A stretch of DNA of 64,000 bases. It comes from Octopus bimaculoides (Eukaryota). Of this stretch, positions 63,946-64,000 are shown piece after piece. Each line of letters opens with the position of its first letter. The first letter of the stretch is position 1. Made by a program: the position numbers and the translations under genes. The stretch lies in NCBI RefSeq assembly GCF_001194135.2, contig NC_068982.1:55597940-55661939 (forward strand). The letters run 5' to 3'. Below the pieces are notes generated by a model, which did no database searches, had not been told where the DNA came from, and saw only the letters and a list, made by a program, of their open reading frames with translations.

Positions 63946-64000
63946 TGATCATTTATTCTATTTCAGATAGGACATCCATTGTCTTGTTTAAAAATATCTG

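Overview
AT-rich, repeat-dense eukaryotic genomic DNA with scaffold N-gaps. The repeat families (tRNA/CORE-type SINEs, RTE LINEs ending in (ATG)n tails, TTAA MITEs) suggest a coleoid cephalopod, probably Octopus; this is inferred from recognition, not a database hit. No intact long protein-coding ORF is present and almost all ORF-track entries are spurious or decayed transposons. Recognisable content: remnants of RTE, R4/Dong-like, CRE-like and HERO-like non-LTR retrotransposons, piggyBac, Tigger/pogo, mariner and Tc1 remnants, a near full-length rosa/DD41D-like element, three SINE families, TTAA MITEs and microsatellites. A CpG-retaining zone at about 20-26 kb looks like a promoter, possibly bidirectional, and several low-confidence host exons lie to its right. 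The most interesting observations are three fold-back elements clustered at 14.5-16.8 kb, two of which carry minimal hammerhead-ribozyme-like cores with palindromic stem III, a 600-bp minisatellite packed with TTCnnnGAA (STAT-type) palindromes, and a TTAA MITE that has captured an internal LINE fragment. No novel protein-based system can be supported from the sequence.
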